The translations under genes and the position numbers were made by a program. This document shows, piece after piece, positions 1 to 14,300 of a DNA stretch of 64,000 bases (its first letter is position 1; every line of letters begins with the position of its first letter). Under the pieces are notes generated by a model, which saw nothing but the letters and a program-made list of their open reading frames with translations, ran no database searches and was not told where the DNA came from. The stretch spans positions 4,382,778 to 4,446,777 of the forward strand of contig NC_134030.1 in assembly GCF_964204645.1 (NCBI RefSeq). The letters are read 5' to 3'. Origin of the DNA: Tubulanus polymorphus (taxonomy: Eukaryota > Animalia > Nemertea).

Positions 1-396
1 TTCTTTTTATTAAATAACAACTCAATTATTCTTCATTGAAAAGTAAAATTTCATTTGATTCTGTAAATTCGTTCAAGCATCTACAAAATTGAATAAGGAA
101 AGGAAATTATTTCTATTTCTGCATTAAAACAATCTAAGTTAAAAATTAACTGCAGTAATGACAAATATATATCTACCCTCGATGTCTCATAGAATTTCCA
201 TTCCTTTGCTTCATTCGAGACTCGAAACAAATATTCATGAAACAAAATTGAATTGAATTTAATACAACTTGACTGACTCTGATGGATGGGATTAAATAAA
301 ATGATGTAAAAACTTATTTTCGGGTTCAAATTTGACGTTTGTAAAGAATCATATCACTCCAAGCATGTATCATTGATGTTCTTTAATTCTTTTCAG

Positions 397-594
397 AAAG
401 CTGCAAATAAACAGTTAACAGTTAACGTTAGTCAACTCTGGCAAGCAAGGATTACGGAGTATAATCCAACACTCACATGCCAGAGCAAGGAATATGCAAT
501 AGTCAGTAACGTTACCGCTATCGTTATACGTAGGGGCAGCACTTACCGGTTAATGTCTGACAGGATTCCGGCGTCGGGCTACACGACGGGATAA
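397..594 (+). CDS. Possible terminal coding exon of an unidentified gene entering from the left
   Basis: A strong acceptor (ttctttaattcttttcag) is followed by 65 open codons and TAA, with AATAAA downstream near 713 and 877. No homology recognised. Confidence 0.3.
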   Translation, partial: KAANKQLTVNVSQLWQARITEYNPTLTCQSKEYAIVSNVTAIVIRRGSTYRLMSDRIPASGYTTG

Positions 595-2307
595 TGAATA
601 GATTTTTGTCGAAATTATTTCATTAGTTCCGTATACAAAAATAACCGAATCGAAGAATGAAAGCCCTGCCCCGATTTGAAGCGACTCAGTCCCCGAAACA
701 TCAGCCCTCTTTAATAAATCAGACTTCATCCTTGTCCCCCAAATTTATTAACTATATCTCACGGAGAGCTCGGTGGCATGGGTGGCCAATTGATGCATGC
801 AAGGTGTGGCTTGTTTAATTCTTCTTATGCTGCATCACTTTAGGGACCCTACTAGAGCTTAAAAGCGCATTCGACAAATAAAGAACCCTTGAAAGTTGTT
901 TTTACATCATCATTAATATAATCATATATAATTTTATTATACATTATTTTTCTCCAACATAAATTGCAGATAATTCTATACAAATTTTACATACTGAATT
1001 TAATATCATCATATACAATATAATAAATAGATATTCTATACATAAATGACATCATCTCAGTCAATAATACATTGATCACAGTTACAACATTTCACACAAT
1101 TCACTTACCAGGGTATATTGCAGATAACTTCAGATAAATACAACAGGATGATTAAACAATAGACCTAGTTCTACGAGAGATCACAGAACTGCGCATGCAA
1201 TGTTTCTTCAACATAAAAGAAACCGCTTATATTATTTGAATTTCTTATTGACTTATAAGCTGAATAGACTAGATAAGCATTTTGGTAGCATTTTACTTAT
1301 AATTAGCAGGTTGGCAGTAAATAAACGTATTAAATCATAAGTTAATATTTTAAGTCGAATACAATAACAACTACACTACACATTATATTCAGTACAACAC
1401 TATACATGTGCATGTTACCTACACGTCTATATGTATGACCCTAATAAGCATACCGGGTACGTTATAACATGCATCACAGGCCCACCAGGTTAAACCTTCA
1501 TTTTACTTTCCCCGCTGGTGAATATGCTTCATGGTAATCTTGACTTTTTAAGGACATAATAACAATATCTCGGGATAAACTAACATATATAATATATGTA
1601 TACATAATAATAACAATTTTATAAACTTAACTCCACCACAATTCCTCGTTTGGGATTTTTAAGTTTGGCATAATTTGTTCGCTAATATTTCTGCACCCAT
1701 TGAAGAGTAAACAATATAATCAGTAACAGTTTACAGACATTCCGTTATTTTCACTCGCAGAAGGTTATATCAATTCGTTCAATAGGTATATATAGTCGAC
1801 TGCTTTTGCCTCAGATCACAGGACCGAAAATTCTGGGGCAATCGAAGCAATGATCGTTCATCCTCAAATGAATCGAAGTATGATATGAGGTACCACTACT
1901 GCGGCGAGGATTCGCCAAATTCACCAGTGGTTACTAGGTGACCGCGCTTCAAATTCGTATCAACTATTCTTATCAGAAAATCAATTGAAAGAGAAATCTA
2001 TCCCATACACTGAGTGAGAGAGTGAATCATACGTCTTTGGAGACTCGTTTGATAATATTCGGATTCGGAAGCTTTAAAAATCCATTTCAAATTTCTTTGA
2101 AAATGAACTAATTTGCATTACTAAAGTGTATTGTTACGATGCTCTCTGGTTTGTGCCACCAGAACCTCGTTTTACACATGACATTTTTTTGAACATGCAA
2201 TAATCCGAGGCACTCAGCTCCGTGGTAATCGCAGTCTACACATCACCAAATTATAACACAGCCATAACACAGCCATCAACTCTTCATAATCATCGAAACA
2301 AACGTTT

Positions 2308-5300
2308 CTAATTTTTGTTGAAAAAACTGAATATTCCACTGGAAGTTAATTCAGATTTATCGCCAGTAGATGGAGCTGATTGTTTACGACTAGATGAAGC
2401 TGACTGCGGCGAGTGATATACAGTATCGTCGTTACTGTCGATATCCTCGAAATCAGAGTCCGCCGACGTTAACGCTTGAATTTTCGTCGTCATGTTATTT
2501 ATTTCCTGATCCATATCGAAATCGACCTCCGATTCGCTCGGGGTGTTGGAATGACTGTCGGAATGGATGTAGAACCTGCTGCCCGCGCCCGCGCCGCGGG
2601 CTCCCGTCGAGGAACGGTCGCTATGATTACTCGACGTCATCTCCGCTCGATAGTGGTTGTCGTTTATACAAATCTCGTCCAAGTCGACGTCGAGCATGTT
2701 GTGAGAGAATTTCAATGTACCCTTCAGAATATCACGAACCTAAACGACAAAAGAAAAATCTGAATTCTTCTTTCTCAACATTCAAACTTTTATATCACAT
2801 TTAATTTATTGCTAGATACAAATGTATATCATGCAATTGTCTGCAAGTAAATTGTAGCAGGTCGATATCATACATACCTGCTTTAAACCGGCTAAAGCAA
2901 TGAATATTTCATCTTCGTGTTGTAAGTTTGGCTGATGTAACATTTCATTCTGTAGTTTTTCTATAATGAATATGATATAAAATCCCATTGATAAGTTGAC
3001 ACTTGAGAGGCCGGTTGCACAGTCCAAAATACGGTCTTAAATCTTCAGACTGGTCTTAGGTTGTTACATTGGCTGTAGAACTAAGATGGTCCTAGACTGG
3101 TCTCCTAATTCTAAGCCATGACAGTGCAACTGGCCCCAGGGCATAAGATATATTGCCAAACAAAACAAAGGTAAAATTAGGGTTATACCTATATGAATGT
3201 CCATTTTACTGGCACAATATCGACACATCGCTTCAACATCATTCATTCTTCCTTGAAGGAATGCTAAATCAGCAGATAAACGTGGATCCTATACAAGTAA
3301 ACAAATAAATCAATGAAATGAATGTTGACTATCTATTTACTTCATGGGATCAGTTTGGACTAACAAAGTTCATCCAGTTTATCAGAAATCCGTATTAAAC
3401 ATCGTATTTTACATACTTCATATATAGGGACCGTCACGATATCTGAATTAGAGCAAAATCTGAATTCAAATGATCCGAAGGGAATTTGAATTGAAAACCC
3501 GTTACTCACAGACGTCGGTTGCGACATCGTTGATGCTTTAGATTGGTTACGTCGCGTTTTGAATAATCCTCCTCCGTTGCGACTAGATTTCGAGTAATTT
3601 TGATCTTCCGGCATAAACTGTTCGATTCTGTTCGACGAGCTGCCGCTGCTGTTCAACGTGAATCGGTCGGCTCGCCACGAGTTCACCGCTGTTTCCGGCG
3701 TGCGAGGATTCGAAGACGAATCAAGTCGAGCCAGACTAGATGAGGACACCACCGGTTTTATGCTCGTGTCGTATTCGATCTTCGACGAGCATTGTTCGAC
3801 TTTGGAAAGACTAGACGAGGAACCTTGTCGTCGATGGAAACCACGAGTTGGCGGCTCAGAACCTGAAATAAATTAACACAAATTACGACACTTTGAGATT
3901 ACACCAACTAGTTTTACAGGGTGGCCACTTTCTGCCCACTAACAGTTTCCCTGATTTTTCCATGCGAGTGAAATTTCTAGGTTTAAAATGTTACCATTCA
4001 TTCATTTTTCATAGAATCAAGTAATTCCTTGAGATTTCCAGATTTTTGCTAAAGCACACGAAATTCTATGGGTTTTTTTCTGATTCTCCCTGAGTTTTCC
4101 AGGTCAGTGGCCACCCTGTTTCTTTAATTTTATAGTGGAACCTCATTACAACGAACTTCAGAAACCAAGAATATCAGTTAGTTATAACTGATGGTTTGTC
4201 TTATCTAGCAGGATATGAATCAAATTCCCCTACCTCTAAGTTTGTTGTATCCACAATGAGAAGTTATCAGAATTCGTTATAACAAGATTCCACTCAACTG
4301 CAAGTCATGAATGAACTTATCTGATTTTTATCAGATTTATCAGATCAGTTTTTTAATCTTTATTTCAATGATTACAAGTGAGGTCACAAGGTCTATGAAT
4401 ATATCTTATCAGGGTATGGTAGATAAGAGCTCTCTTTGTTGGTTTCCATAGAAAAGCAACTATCTAATTCCATTGAAGAAAAACCCACAATTACAAAGTA
4501 AAATCAATACAGGTTTTTGATATTTACGCTCAATTGCAACCGCTTATTTTCAAAACGTTTTGAGAGTAAAAATCCTCTGTTAGTTTTAAATTGTGGGTTT
4601 CTTCTTCTGTTCTACATACGTAGCAATTCAACGGCAGTTTTTCTACAAAAAAAGTCTACGATACCTGGTGATTTATCGGTGAGTAAACTCATTGGTTCAC
4701 TGGTTGATTTCGGTAGTAAACCGGATGATGAATCTAGAATCAGACTACGAGGTCGTCCGGATGACGACGAAGTGATTTTACGACTCAGCGAATTGAACCC
4801 CGATAGTGTCGTTGCTTTCAATTTATTGGCGACCTGGTCCATGGTGAGGGAATGGTGTCCTGTGAGGAGGAGCAGGAAAATCATCGTTACCGAGGTTAAA
4901 TCGATTCATTTTGACGGATTTCATAATCTTAAAAGGCACATAATGTCCAAATTTATACTTCAAAATAGGATAAATGAAAAGCACCACACTGAAAATTTAC
5001 GAGAAATAGTCTTCGTAAGTTTATGAACTGAGACAACAATGTTTTTGCTTACATCATGTGTAAGACATTTCTCGACAAATTTTCAGCGCAGAATTTTTGT
5101 CAATCACTGAATATGAAAACAAATTAATGCGGTTATCCGACTTTTGTGATAGGAATTAGTTGATTTGAGGAATTTTGTTGATTGTAAATGGATAGATCAT
5201 GATAAAATGCAACCTAAAGAACAACCTTCAAAGTTTTCACTATCAATCAGTCGAATTATTTCACCCTAAACTAGGGTAGGCCCTACTCTTAGCTGGGGAA

Positions 5301-8300
5301 GGGCTTCCAACACAATTTGGATGCACGCGGGTTTTCAAAAGCTAGGATTCTCACATTTTTCACAGTGCAACCTTCACATAAGATTGAGTAAACGTATTAT
5401 CTTGTGGAATCGGTGATATCTGGGAAAGCGTGATAATGCCGTACACTACCAATACTGCCTGTTTATCACCGGTTTACTTGTTTAATTCATGCGCAAATCA
5501 AGCGGAATAACACGGTACTTTTCATAAAAGTTTAATGATGAAATCATCGATCTTATCCGTGGTCAATTTTGAGAGAGAAAACTTTTTTGAAATAATCATG
5601 TATGTACGCTGTACTAAGAGGCTATAGTCATACCGTAAGGTAGATTGGGAATTCGTAGAAATCGCTTCTTGTCGGTCACTGTCAGTTAGAATGATACAGT
5701 TAATATAGCATATAGTGAGCACTACATCTCACAAACAATAAACACTATCATTGTTTAATGAGGAAATCAGGGAATTTTTGTCAACGAGGAAAATGTTTGG
5801 CCAAATCAGGCCTTGTCTTTGCAGTAACAACTTTGTGGTAAGGTTGAGCGAATCAATTTTTGTTTTTGGAATATACAATAATAGGGTATGGGATGTCTAT
5901 GAAAGATTAATAAAAAGATCATATGGTTATAGATATCGAAACAGAGAATCAAATGAATGAATTTCCAGTTGTTCGTCGTTCATCTAGGTTTTAGAATCTT
6001 ACTAGAACCAAAAAATTCGAATACTAGGAGACATACGGGAAGATTTGTTGATTTGTCTTGGTTAAATACAGATCGAGTTCAACTGAAATAAAACCTTTAA
6101 TATTCAGTCGAGTCTTCTGAGTATCAACAACAGGCTGAACTACGGGTCCGATCTTGATCCAATCGTGTTTTCCATATATATTCGGCCAATCTAAATATTC
6201 ATTACGACTCAACAATTCAGAAATCATCGAGCCTGGATTCGATTTACTATTATCGCTCAGACGGAGGAAAAAATACTAATCTGTTTACAATCTGCGTTTA
6301 ACGACACAACAATTCGAATGGCAGAGATTTATGGTAATACGTAATATATGCATGAACTCACTTTTATTCTTATTGCCGGAATGCGGTGCCTTTTGGTACG
6401 TGTAATTTGGCGGTCTCGGATAAATCTGCAATTAAGCGCATGTACGACACAGTTAGCCATAGTTGACATGAGAATCATACCGGGTTGTTGGACGAACTGC
6501 AAATCAACTACTCATTAGTAGCGTCTGTCGATACTTACATGTGGATCGCGTAGGTACAGAGCTCGATCAATTAAATAATGCACATCTCCCACCGGTGGAT
6601 ATCTCATCAATACGCCGAGACACGTCGGATAATCACTACTCAATACTACAAAATAACGAATTACCAACTTCGGGTTAACCCTTTCAGTGCTGACTAATCA
6701 ATACCTTATAGTGGTGAAGATAATTTGAAAATTCTAAAGAATTCCACCCTAGTGTGTTGAACAACGGGATTACCACTATAGTGCGTCTACACTGCGGTGC
6801 GGTGTATCGTTAGTTACTAACTAGTATTTCACTATGTTTGACACGTGCTGCCATTTTTCAAGAGAGATAATTACTAATAACATCTATACACCGCAGTGCG
6901 GTGTACTAGCAAAATCTATCACTGATTTATACACTGCACTGCAGTGTAGGCGCACTGAGAGGGTTAAACAGAGTCTGAACAGTAATCACTGAAATAAGAC
7001 ATTTTATATACTTACAAATATCTCTTATATACAGTAACATAGCCACGAATATGTAGTCGACAAGATCGAAACTGATTCCGTCGGCAAAAATGGCGTCCCA
7101 AATAACGAGCAGATCCTGCATCGGGAATTCCCGTCCGAATAGCAGACGTAACCAACGACTGTAAACAGACACAAATACTGCAAATTTGAATCGAAAACAG
7201 ATTCACCAATCAAATGATCACATGATTATTTCACTATTATTTCTCTGACTCTACCCTGATTTTTTCAAAGAAAAAAAAATTCCCCGATTTTTCTCTGATA
7301 AACATGTGTGATAGTGTCTTATATTGATAAGACACCCTGATATCCATGTAAGTGATATTGTCTTATATTGATAAGACAACCTCCACCCTGATACTTTTTG
7401 CTGAATCTATTCAGTGGAAGAACCACATCGCGTGAAATTGGACAATAATATTTAACATGTGCCAGTTGATTCACCGATTAGAAAACAGCAAAGATTGATT
7501 TGCAGAGTTATCACTGAATTAATGAATGACTTGTAAATGCTTCAATTCAACTCACATGCCATAAATCTGTGGAGCAATGTCCAATCGTTCCATGTGCATG
7601 TGCAGTTCGAGGTCATGTTTTTTGAGTACGTAATCTTGAATACGCGTTAGTTTATTGACGATCACGTTCGAAGGCTGCATATCTTGCGGTCGAGCGAACG
7701 GTTGGGCAGCGGCGAGAGCTTGAAGCTACAAATATCATATCATATCATATCGTATATCCTCGTTATTCATAACTGATTAATCGATTATGAGCTACCATCG
7801 TTGGCGGGTAGAATTTACATACCTTGCTCGGTGGTGTTATTTCTCTCGCCTGGTACCACGGTTCTACGGAATCCATTACTTGACAAAACATAGCGCTACA
7901 GAATAAATGAAATACAATTTCAGGGCTGAATTTTGACACTATCCTGAGGGTACTATATGTTGTTAGGCTCCTTTGGAAAATGAAACTTTCCCGACAGGAT
8001 AAAAGAAATTTCTGATTTCACAGTTCGGAGACGTTTGATTAAATTTGTTCTGTCTTCTTGATAAATGATAAAAGTCAAAAGCAAATGGGATACCGAATTT
8101 TGACCAAAGATACCGACAATGGTTGATCTCATATCCCGAGAGATTCAATGCATAAATCGAACCGTGAACGTCAACTGAGAATTATTTGCTATAGGTTCAA
8201 TAAGAATATTCGAATGGGAATAACTAAAATGAGGTAATTTTGACTGTCTGTCGTACACACTTACTACGCATCGTGTTCCAAGTATTCAGGATCCAGCAAC

Positions 8301-11300
8301 TCTTTAACAACATTCCTAGAAATGGAAAAAATTTGTTAAATCAACGGAAATCAACGTTGATTTCATGCACTATCAACCCATCAATACATTCAGTATGAGT
8401 GATTACGTATCTTGCAGGACACCGACAGAGAATAGAAACTAGATGAAGCACGCAGCAACCTACTGCCGTGCGAGATCACAAGTCGCTATTGAAGTACTCC
8501 TGAAGCTGGGTTTTATTTTGCGAATAAATGATTAGAACCAGGGTAACCGTATAGAAGTGACAGAGCAAACAGATTCAGCATAGGATGAATCCAGCGCCGG
8601 GCGTAAATCGACTGCCTCAAAATCAACAGAAATTTACTCCATTTTGATTCCGAATTAAAAACACCCAGATCAGGTCGATAGAATATAGATCACACTTGAT
8701 GTTTCAATGAGGCTACACCACTCTGAAACTCTCACACCGCAGTATTTTCGAAATTGATTTTACGACATGCTACTGAAGGTTACTCTTCGATTAAAGACAA
8801 AGCCATTTAAAAATTACACGTCATTCATTAAGATTATTATAAGTAAAACAGAGACTATGAATATATATGCATCACACCTTTCATGATGTTCTATCAAACT
8901 GAAAATACAACATATAAACATGAACTCAGGAGCGGTTAGCCTTATTTCCCTTTGTTTCTACGAATAATCAATGTGTTAAAACCACCGAAGCCTGTTGAAT
9001 GAGAAGATATATAGGCCTACAGCAGTGGTACTTACTCGACTGTCTCCAGTTCACACGCATGTAGAAATGCTTGGTGGTCGCAATGCAGAACAAATATCAA
9101 CGGAGCCAACAATTCATGCATGCCCTGAGAATTCGAGAAAAAAACTATTAGGCAAATCACTGGGTATAGCAAGTTTAAAATATTGCACTTTTTCTTGAAC
9201 ATGGCACTGATTATAGTAATAACCGCAGAAATATCATTAAGATTAGTCTTTTAGAAAAACATGCAGGGTGGATCTAGGTAAACTGGATGATGGGGGTCCA
9301 AGAAAGGGTATTCCTCAGACAAAGCAGCCACGCCAAAGGCAGCAAATGGGGTTCACGGGCAACTCCAATGAGAATGCAAGGATCTGGACCAGCAAACCAT
9401 TCCTAGATCCGCCCCTGAACATGTAGGTTGTATTAGGCAAAGCCAGTTATCGTCAATGCAAAGCTGGGTTCAAATTCTATGCCTATCGTCTAAGAGTATC
9501 TCTTTGGTCAAAGAACTCACTCGAACAATAGTCTTAGGTATTGCAAATATCACAATGCCAAGGTGAGATTATTACTCCACTGCATGAACCCAGCTTGACA
9601 TTTGTTTATACCTACAATATGTAGACCATACACCATCAATGCCACCTGTCACCAAAGCAAATCGTTTTTAAACTAAACGTCCAAATAGAATATCATTGGA
9701 TAATAGACTAGAAAATACTACATCATACAAAGCAAAATCTCTATCATAATAGAAAATTGATCAGAAAGTGAAGTGGCTTTTTATGCGATTCACTGCCATA
9801 AAATACCATTATACTTAATACAGAAATATTTGAATATCTCCAGCCCTAGGAAGAAATCGGGTGCACGAATGAATAAGCACAGGCGGGTGGGAGCAGAAGT
9901 AATTTTAGGGTCAAACCTGACGATAGGACAGACGGCAGTGCTGACGAGCGTAACAAAACAGTAAATCAACCATACGATCTCGTAGCGATGAACTTTGGAA
10001 AAATTCCAGTTCCGGGAAACTAAACGAGACGAAGAAAAGAAAAAAAAGGAAACAAAAATTCATAGTAGAATACATAGTATCGTATGTGTGTACATAAAAA
10101 CTACAGTAATAATGAAGTGGGATTGGATACTAGCTGGTGATATACATATCATCCTCCCTCGGCAGGGATTCGAACCTGATGGCATCGAGATTGCCGCGGT
10201 ACGAAACCCTGCCACACTAGACCGAGTGCGCAGCTTAGATGATGTCATTATCAGCCAATCAGATATCCTGTTTTATTTTAGCCTGGGTTTTCCCATTTAT
10301 AGTTCTTCCGTTAAATTTAACTCAGCAATTGTACAACGAGCAATCTGATTGGTGCCGCAAGTTTTCGTGCGACAAAGCTGCGCATGTACCTGCGCACCCG
10401 GTCTACTGTGGCAGGGGTTCGTGCCGTGGCTGAGTATAGCGATGCCATCAGGTTCGAATCCCTGCCGTGGGATGATGTATACATATATACTATGTAAGGG
10501 TCTATCCCGGGGTGTATTCAGAATGGAGACATTTTCCTTTCGCTTCAATGTTCAATGTTGTGCCTGTGTTTAAATCCTAAGACTCGCTACATTCTGACTC
10601 AAATCAATGGAGATTAAATGATTTCTTACTCGCAAGGGTCAAACTTAACTGCCATTGATGGATATGGATCCAGGACCCTAGTTCCACGTCAGTTGAGACT
10701 CGATGCAAAGTTGACTTTAATGTTGTGCCCGCGCTGATTTGTTAAAAGTTAAGAGAGTCTTATTACTTTGTGATGAAACACCGGGCCCTGGATATTTGTA
10801 TAACAAAGGTTGAATGCTGCATTTCACACAATAGATAATGATAAAAAACTAATTAAACAACAAAGAAAAACGAAAGGTTAAACAATCACTACATCAATTA
10901 TTGTGTAATATAATATTTAGTAACATATTTTCCAAGTAGATTCCCAATCTTTTTTCTGAAATCAATGTATTTAAGGAGAAAATTGGTTCTTGGATAAATG
11001 TTACACACATAAACGTTTAAGACAGCCTAGCTTACCAGGGCAAGTGTTACAGTGAATCAAGCCCTGGCAGGCGAGGTCATGTCGAGTTAAAGAGAGGCTA
11101 CACCTATAGTACCTGTCTATAGGATAGATCGGGAAACAATTTAGCATAGATAAACAGTGAATCAACCATGATTGAATGCATCGTATCCGTATGAAAAAAG
11201 TCCAACTTTGGATAGCTACGTAGAAAAAAAATCAGACAAAAATCACCCGTTATATTAATAATCATTGTTTCAACCGCTCAGAATAGTGATAAATCCCATA

Positions 11301-14300
11301 AATGAAGAAATCAGATCAAATATTTCTCATACCTAACTTCAGTTCAAATGTAGATACTTCTATAATATCTTAATAGTTATTATCTCAGAATTTGAAGAGA
11401 TTTCGCCATGTATTGATTTATCGGTTTGACTATGATGACGAAATTCTTTGAAACAGTTGCAGTTCATCAAATCACTCATTTTCAAAACCTGAACCGAGTA
11501 ATCTTCGTTTTATTTGTGATATTTCAAACAGTGAGAACCCGTTTTGATACTTACGTTCTGATAACATCCTGTTTGATTGTCAAACGTAATTCATTATCTT
11601 GAAAATACTGGTTCCACGGACTCTAGAAGTGAAAAACACAACCAAGACGTGATTTACATCTGGATATTTTGAATGGGTTTTGGTAATATCTTAAGATCTA
11701 TCAATGACTTATAGATTATAGAGTACCGATGGAAGCTTTTATTCTGTTCAATTGAATGAGCATTTTTTATGTACATGTGTACATGTATCAGTGATGTCAA
11801 ATAAACAATCATAAAAATTTTGTACATATATAGCCAAATAAACTATATCATGTTCAATAAAAGTTCTGGGCCCGGTTCAACAGTTGTGAGTTACAGTTAC
11901 CGGTAACTCTGAGTTGAAATAAGTTCATTTTCTTGTAAGTTAAATCTTAACTTGGAAATGTGGAACTGGATCCTCGGTCATAAATATTTGTTTATTCCAT
12001 GGGTTTTCGGCGAGTAATTGCATAATCGTAACTTGCACTCAACAGAGAAAATGAATTTAGGTACGGAGAAGCAGTCTGAGCCTGTCAGCTGTATCGCTGA
12101 CTAGACTGATCGACCCCTTCATCAGAGCTTAAAGTACAATAGCTAAAAATGCTTCGCACCAGTACGTAGAGTTTATGGAAACTGTAGAGTGTGAAAAATC
12201 ATTAAAATATTCAACAATCAATACACAAGTTGTATAGAGAGATTATTTGAAAAAATCGAGCATCTTACCTCGTCTTCCTGCGATAGAGGATTATTACGAG
12301 ATAAATCAATATTTTCCGGCAATTTATGTGGATTCACGATCAACTGAAAAAACAAACAGCGTCATATTATTATTATACAATACAGTTATGTAATAAATGA
12401 ATAAATACAAGTCTATTGAATATAAGGCTCCGTACCTCGTCTTTCAGGTCCGTGTATATCTTACGATTATCCAGCGTCTTTTTAATCCATTCGTCGCGAT
12501 CTTCCGGTAAAACTTCTAAGTAAACCTGTTAAAACCGGAATCGAATTGATAAACAATTTAGTGAAAAACGGATATACGCAAAAACTGAGAAGAAACTGTT
12601 ACTTTTTCGACATGCTTTCAATCTAAGGATTTACTTTCTCAAGGGTCAGATTGATTAACTGAGGAATTCACACATTTTTTCACACAGAAATGCGAGGACT
12701 TTTCACATAGTTTTTCCACATTTTTCACGCCCAGGTACAATAACATTGTCAGCAGTTAGACCTGCTGATCACAATCTGGACAGGTACAATAACATTGTCA
12801 GCAGTTGTGCCTAAATTGTGAGCTCCATAGTACATGGGGATTGGTAAGAAAGAGATAAGAATATTTTTTGCAAGACATTTTTCTAGAATTTTCAAAAATA
12901 CTGATGATTTTTCGCCTCAGCCCGACCCCTGCAGTTACTATGCCGTTCAGCGTACACATTGTCACGTACCCGCCAGCAAATACTACGGAACCGACAGCTA
13001 CGCAGCATTCCGTCCATTCCCAGCGATCTGAGATTACGAAGGTAATCCGAGCAGTTGAACAATCGTTCCCATTCATCGCTGTAAAACGAACAAAAAACAA
13101 TCAACTTTAGGTGATAATAACAGCATTAACAGATAATCAAATAGTACCACTCACTCCTCGTAGATACTGCGTCGCCAATCTGTATGGAATGAGTTAATCG
13201 TTTCGAGTTTATCTTTTTAGCCGCACGACATCTATGTAAGGCATCATAGTTGCCCCCCTACCCAATACTTTGAGTCGCAATCAGATCGTCTTGAATCTAC
13301 TTTTCAATTGTCGCATAAAAAATTCCCCCAATCATTTCTAGCGCACACAACAAAATAAAATCCTGCATTCACTGTCAACTTTACTTACCAGTAGGAGTTT
13401 GAGAAACTAGTACTCCTCGAGAAACCATTAGCGTTATGATTGGAAGGAGCGAGGCCGGTGTCACTCAACGGTGAATCCGTGGCTACGCTCGATTCTGTAT
13501 CGCTTTTACCTCCTCCTCCTCCGGCTGCTCCGACTGCTGCTCCTCTGCCTCCCTCTCCTGCGGCGGCGGTCGTACCTGTTATCAGAGATGTGAGAATTAC
13601 TCGTCGTCGACGAGCGCAACACGTTAATTCCAGTATTTGCGTTGCCATAGATCGGATATAAAAACGACGACGACGTCCACTTTAACTATTAATTCATTAT
13701 AGATTAGAAATAAAACTAATCCGGCCGGGACGACCGGCGGTGATTAGTATTTTTTCACCAGAGAATATTTCGATCCGATACATTTGACACTGACAATCAC
13801 CCGATCACCCGATCATACACACACATACGTATGTAGGAAACATACTGGCTATTAATGCAATAGTATTGACTAGTCGTCATGAAACAAACGCCACACGTTT
13901 TCAGCAAGACTCGCGAGCTCCCGCGTCTAAAACGATTAATCTAACAATTAAACTTCGTTAAAATCGTTATTCAACGTTTCGTGGAATCGGGCGGATATCG
14001 TCGAATTCAATTTTCGCTTTTCGCGAACGTGTCTCGAGTAGAGAAACGCGCTAATCTACGAAGGAACGAACTGGTAATTTCGTCGCCTGTTCGCTACATG
14101 AATTCTATGATAACCGCTGATAATCACTAGATCCAAATACGATTTTTCTAAATATCATCGGAAGAGCCTTTTTAGGATGAACGTTGAATTCCGTAGTTTC
14201 GGCGTCGATGTTACCGAAGTTCTTACTGTATGTATTCCTAACGAACAACAGGCCTCTATAGTTCACAGTACACTTATTATACAGCATAAATTAACCCACA

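Noticed and set aside
5397-5458. Possible in-frame alternative terminal exon of TBC1D5
   Set aside because: The acceptor is purine-rich with no pyrimidine tract, and the peptide shows no homology.
10425-10470. tRNA gene
   Set aside because: There is no anticodon arm or acceptor stem. The tRNA-like text is part of a MITE TIR.
12075-12130. C/D snoRNA or hammerhead candidate (ctgatga...ctga, minus strand)
   Set aside because: Too short for a C/D snoRNA, no recognisable guide, and no GAAA core for a hammerhead.
12732-12806. CRISPR-like repeat-spacer-repeat
   Set aside because: There are only two repeats, in a eukaryotic intron, with no cas genes. This is a local duplication.
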